A DNA stretch of 63,814 nucleotides, filler included, from Phoronis australis (taxonomy: Eukaryota; Animalia; Phoronida), in NCBI GenBank assembly GCA_002633005.1. It is 5 parts of 5 records of this genome, joined end to end, with 100 filler letters (N's around TTAATTAATTAA, not from the genome) between each part and the next. Parts side by side here need not be neighbours in the genome. Positions count along the whole stretch, not along the records: positions 62,289 to 63,814 come from NMRA01000943.1; 4 more parts are not named here. One strand, given 5' to 3'. The first letter of the stretch is position 1. Each line of letters starts with the position of its first letter. Both the position numbers and the translations under genes were made by a program. Below, piece by piece: positions 62,500 through 63,814 of this stretch. The notes below the pieces were generated by a model. The model had not been told where the DNA came from and made no database searches. It was given only the letters and a program-made list of their open reading frames with translations.

Positions 62500-62727
62500 T
62501 GGGGACATTCAGGCATTGGTACACGTGATAGTTTGTAATCACATAATTGCGCCCTACTCGGAAGCCGGACCCAACTCCTTGTGCGTCCGCCCGTGCAAGT
62601 AGAACAACCGACTTCAGCGCATTGGCCAATGACTCGTGGAGCTCAGCCGATATCACGTTCTGACCCTGTTCAGGAAACTTGCCCAAAAGACAGGACTGCC
62701 TTACGGGCACAACTAGTGGGAAATAGT
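62500..62727 (-). CDS. FAM111-like / Trypsin_2 serine protease exon containing the catalytic-His motif
   Basis: ttcag|AC...A|gtaagt, 228 nt, phase 1-1; ALKSVVLL...GVGSGFRVGRNYVITNYHV; Asp/Ser exons not seen (gap follows). Confidence 0.7.
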
Positions 62728-63814
62728 CTGAAAATGAGATGAATTGTCCTTAAACAGTGTATTTCATAGTACATGAAACTTGAAAACTTAGATGGCAGTT
62801 ACCATACACTTAAATTCACAAAATCAGCATTTCTTTCGTTTTGACAGACCTACAATTCCCTGTAAAGGAGCCAAATCTTGTTGACGTACACGCTGTTCCC
62901 CTCTAGCGAACATAGTTTGCCCTCATGAACCACTTTTCACTGCGTGGTGGACAAACAAGCCCTGTTCCCGTGTATTATTCCTCCATTGCTGAGCGATACC
63001 ACTTCCCGACGCACAGTCAAACTCGTTGGTGTTCATTTTATTTTTAAAATAAACCACTTGACGATTTCAGTACCTAACTATCATATAAAAACGCACTTTT
63101 CTCACTATAATGGTGATTGTCATCAACTTTCTTTAATTTCGGTGGAGAATTATCATTACGTAATCACTTGTGTTGTTTGCAGCAAACGAGAACATACCGA
63201 GAAAACAAGGACATGCGACACATACATGTAATTTTGTACACAAATAACATCTTCTTAACCACCTTGTAATTATGAGATATTGGTTCTTAACAAAGATGTC
63301 GAAATTTTACAAAGTTAATAATTGCAATCAAAACTCATATAGTTGAATTTCTTGACCATTAGTTTATCTTACAGGAAGCCAATACGTAGCTAGTTTCTAC
63401 GTAATTACTAGTCCTGGCTCGTAATACACTGATAATAGCCATTGATAACAGAGAGGTTCTCAATGAATAGCGACAAATGCTGAAGCCAATGTTCAGCTCA
63501 CCACAGAGAATGTCCGAAGTCATGAAACAATGTCAAAAGACCTTTAAAATAAAGAATAATATGTCTAACGTGGGTGCTGTGTTTTTTGACCGGCTACAGT
63601 TTACATGGTAGGTGTCACAATGCACCATGTAACCTAGGGTTCTATAAAATTGCGTGAAGCTGAAAAAACGACAAAGTAGAAACAGGCTCTCTTTTGTTAC
63701 AATAACTTGTCCAATCGAAAAGAATAATTGCGTTTTGGAAACTCACCGAGACATATTTAAAGAGAAAGTCAACGTTTTTTATCAACAAAAAATGAATTTT
63801 AATTACCACCATGT

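Overview
Intron-rich animal genomic DNA (AT-rich, probably a marine invertebrate; species not determinable). It is not prokaryotic, and most ORF-track ORFs are noise. Four artificial N-TTAATTAATTAA-N linkers join the pieces. By hand splicing I reconstructed: (1) the first 12 coding exons of a divergent otoferlin-type ferlin on the minus strand (ATG 9669, running off the left edge); (2) the last 12 coding exons of a class IA PI3K p85 regulatory subunit (RhoGAP/BH, nSH2, iSH2, cSH2; stop 45629); (3) a signal-peptide plus PAN/Apple-like exon; (4) one exon of a FAM111-like/Trypsin_2 serine protease. Mobile DNA includes a non-autonomous Helentron-like element with internal tandem repeats, an internally deleted L1/Tx1-type LINE with a nested MITE, several PIF/Harbinger-type MITEs, a hAT-like MITE with a 6-bp TSD and two tRNA-derived SINEs. 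The least explained region is about 49.1-53.5 kb: a decayed unknown gene with very short, phase-consistent introns, head-to-head with a second decayed ORF, possibly the relic of a large transposon or virus. No CRISPR, rRNA or genuine tRNA is present, and I cannot demonstrate a new biological system from sequence alone.
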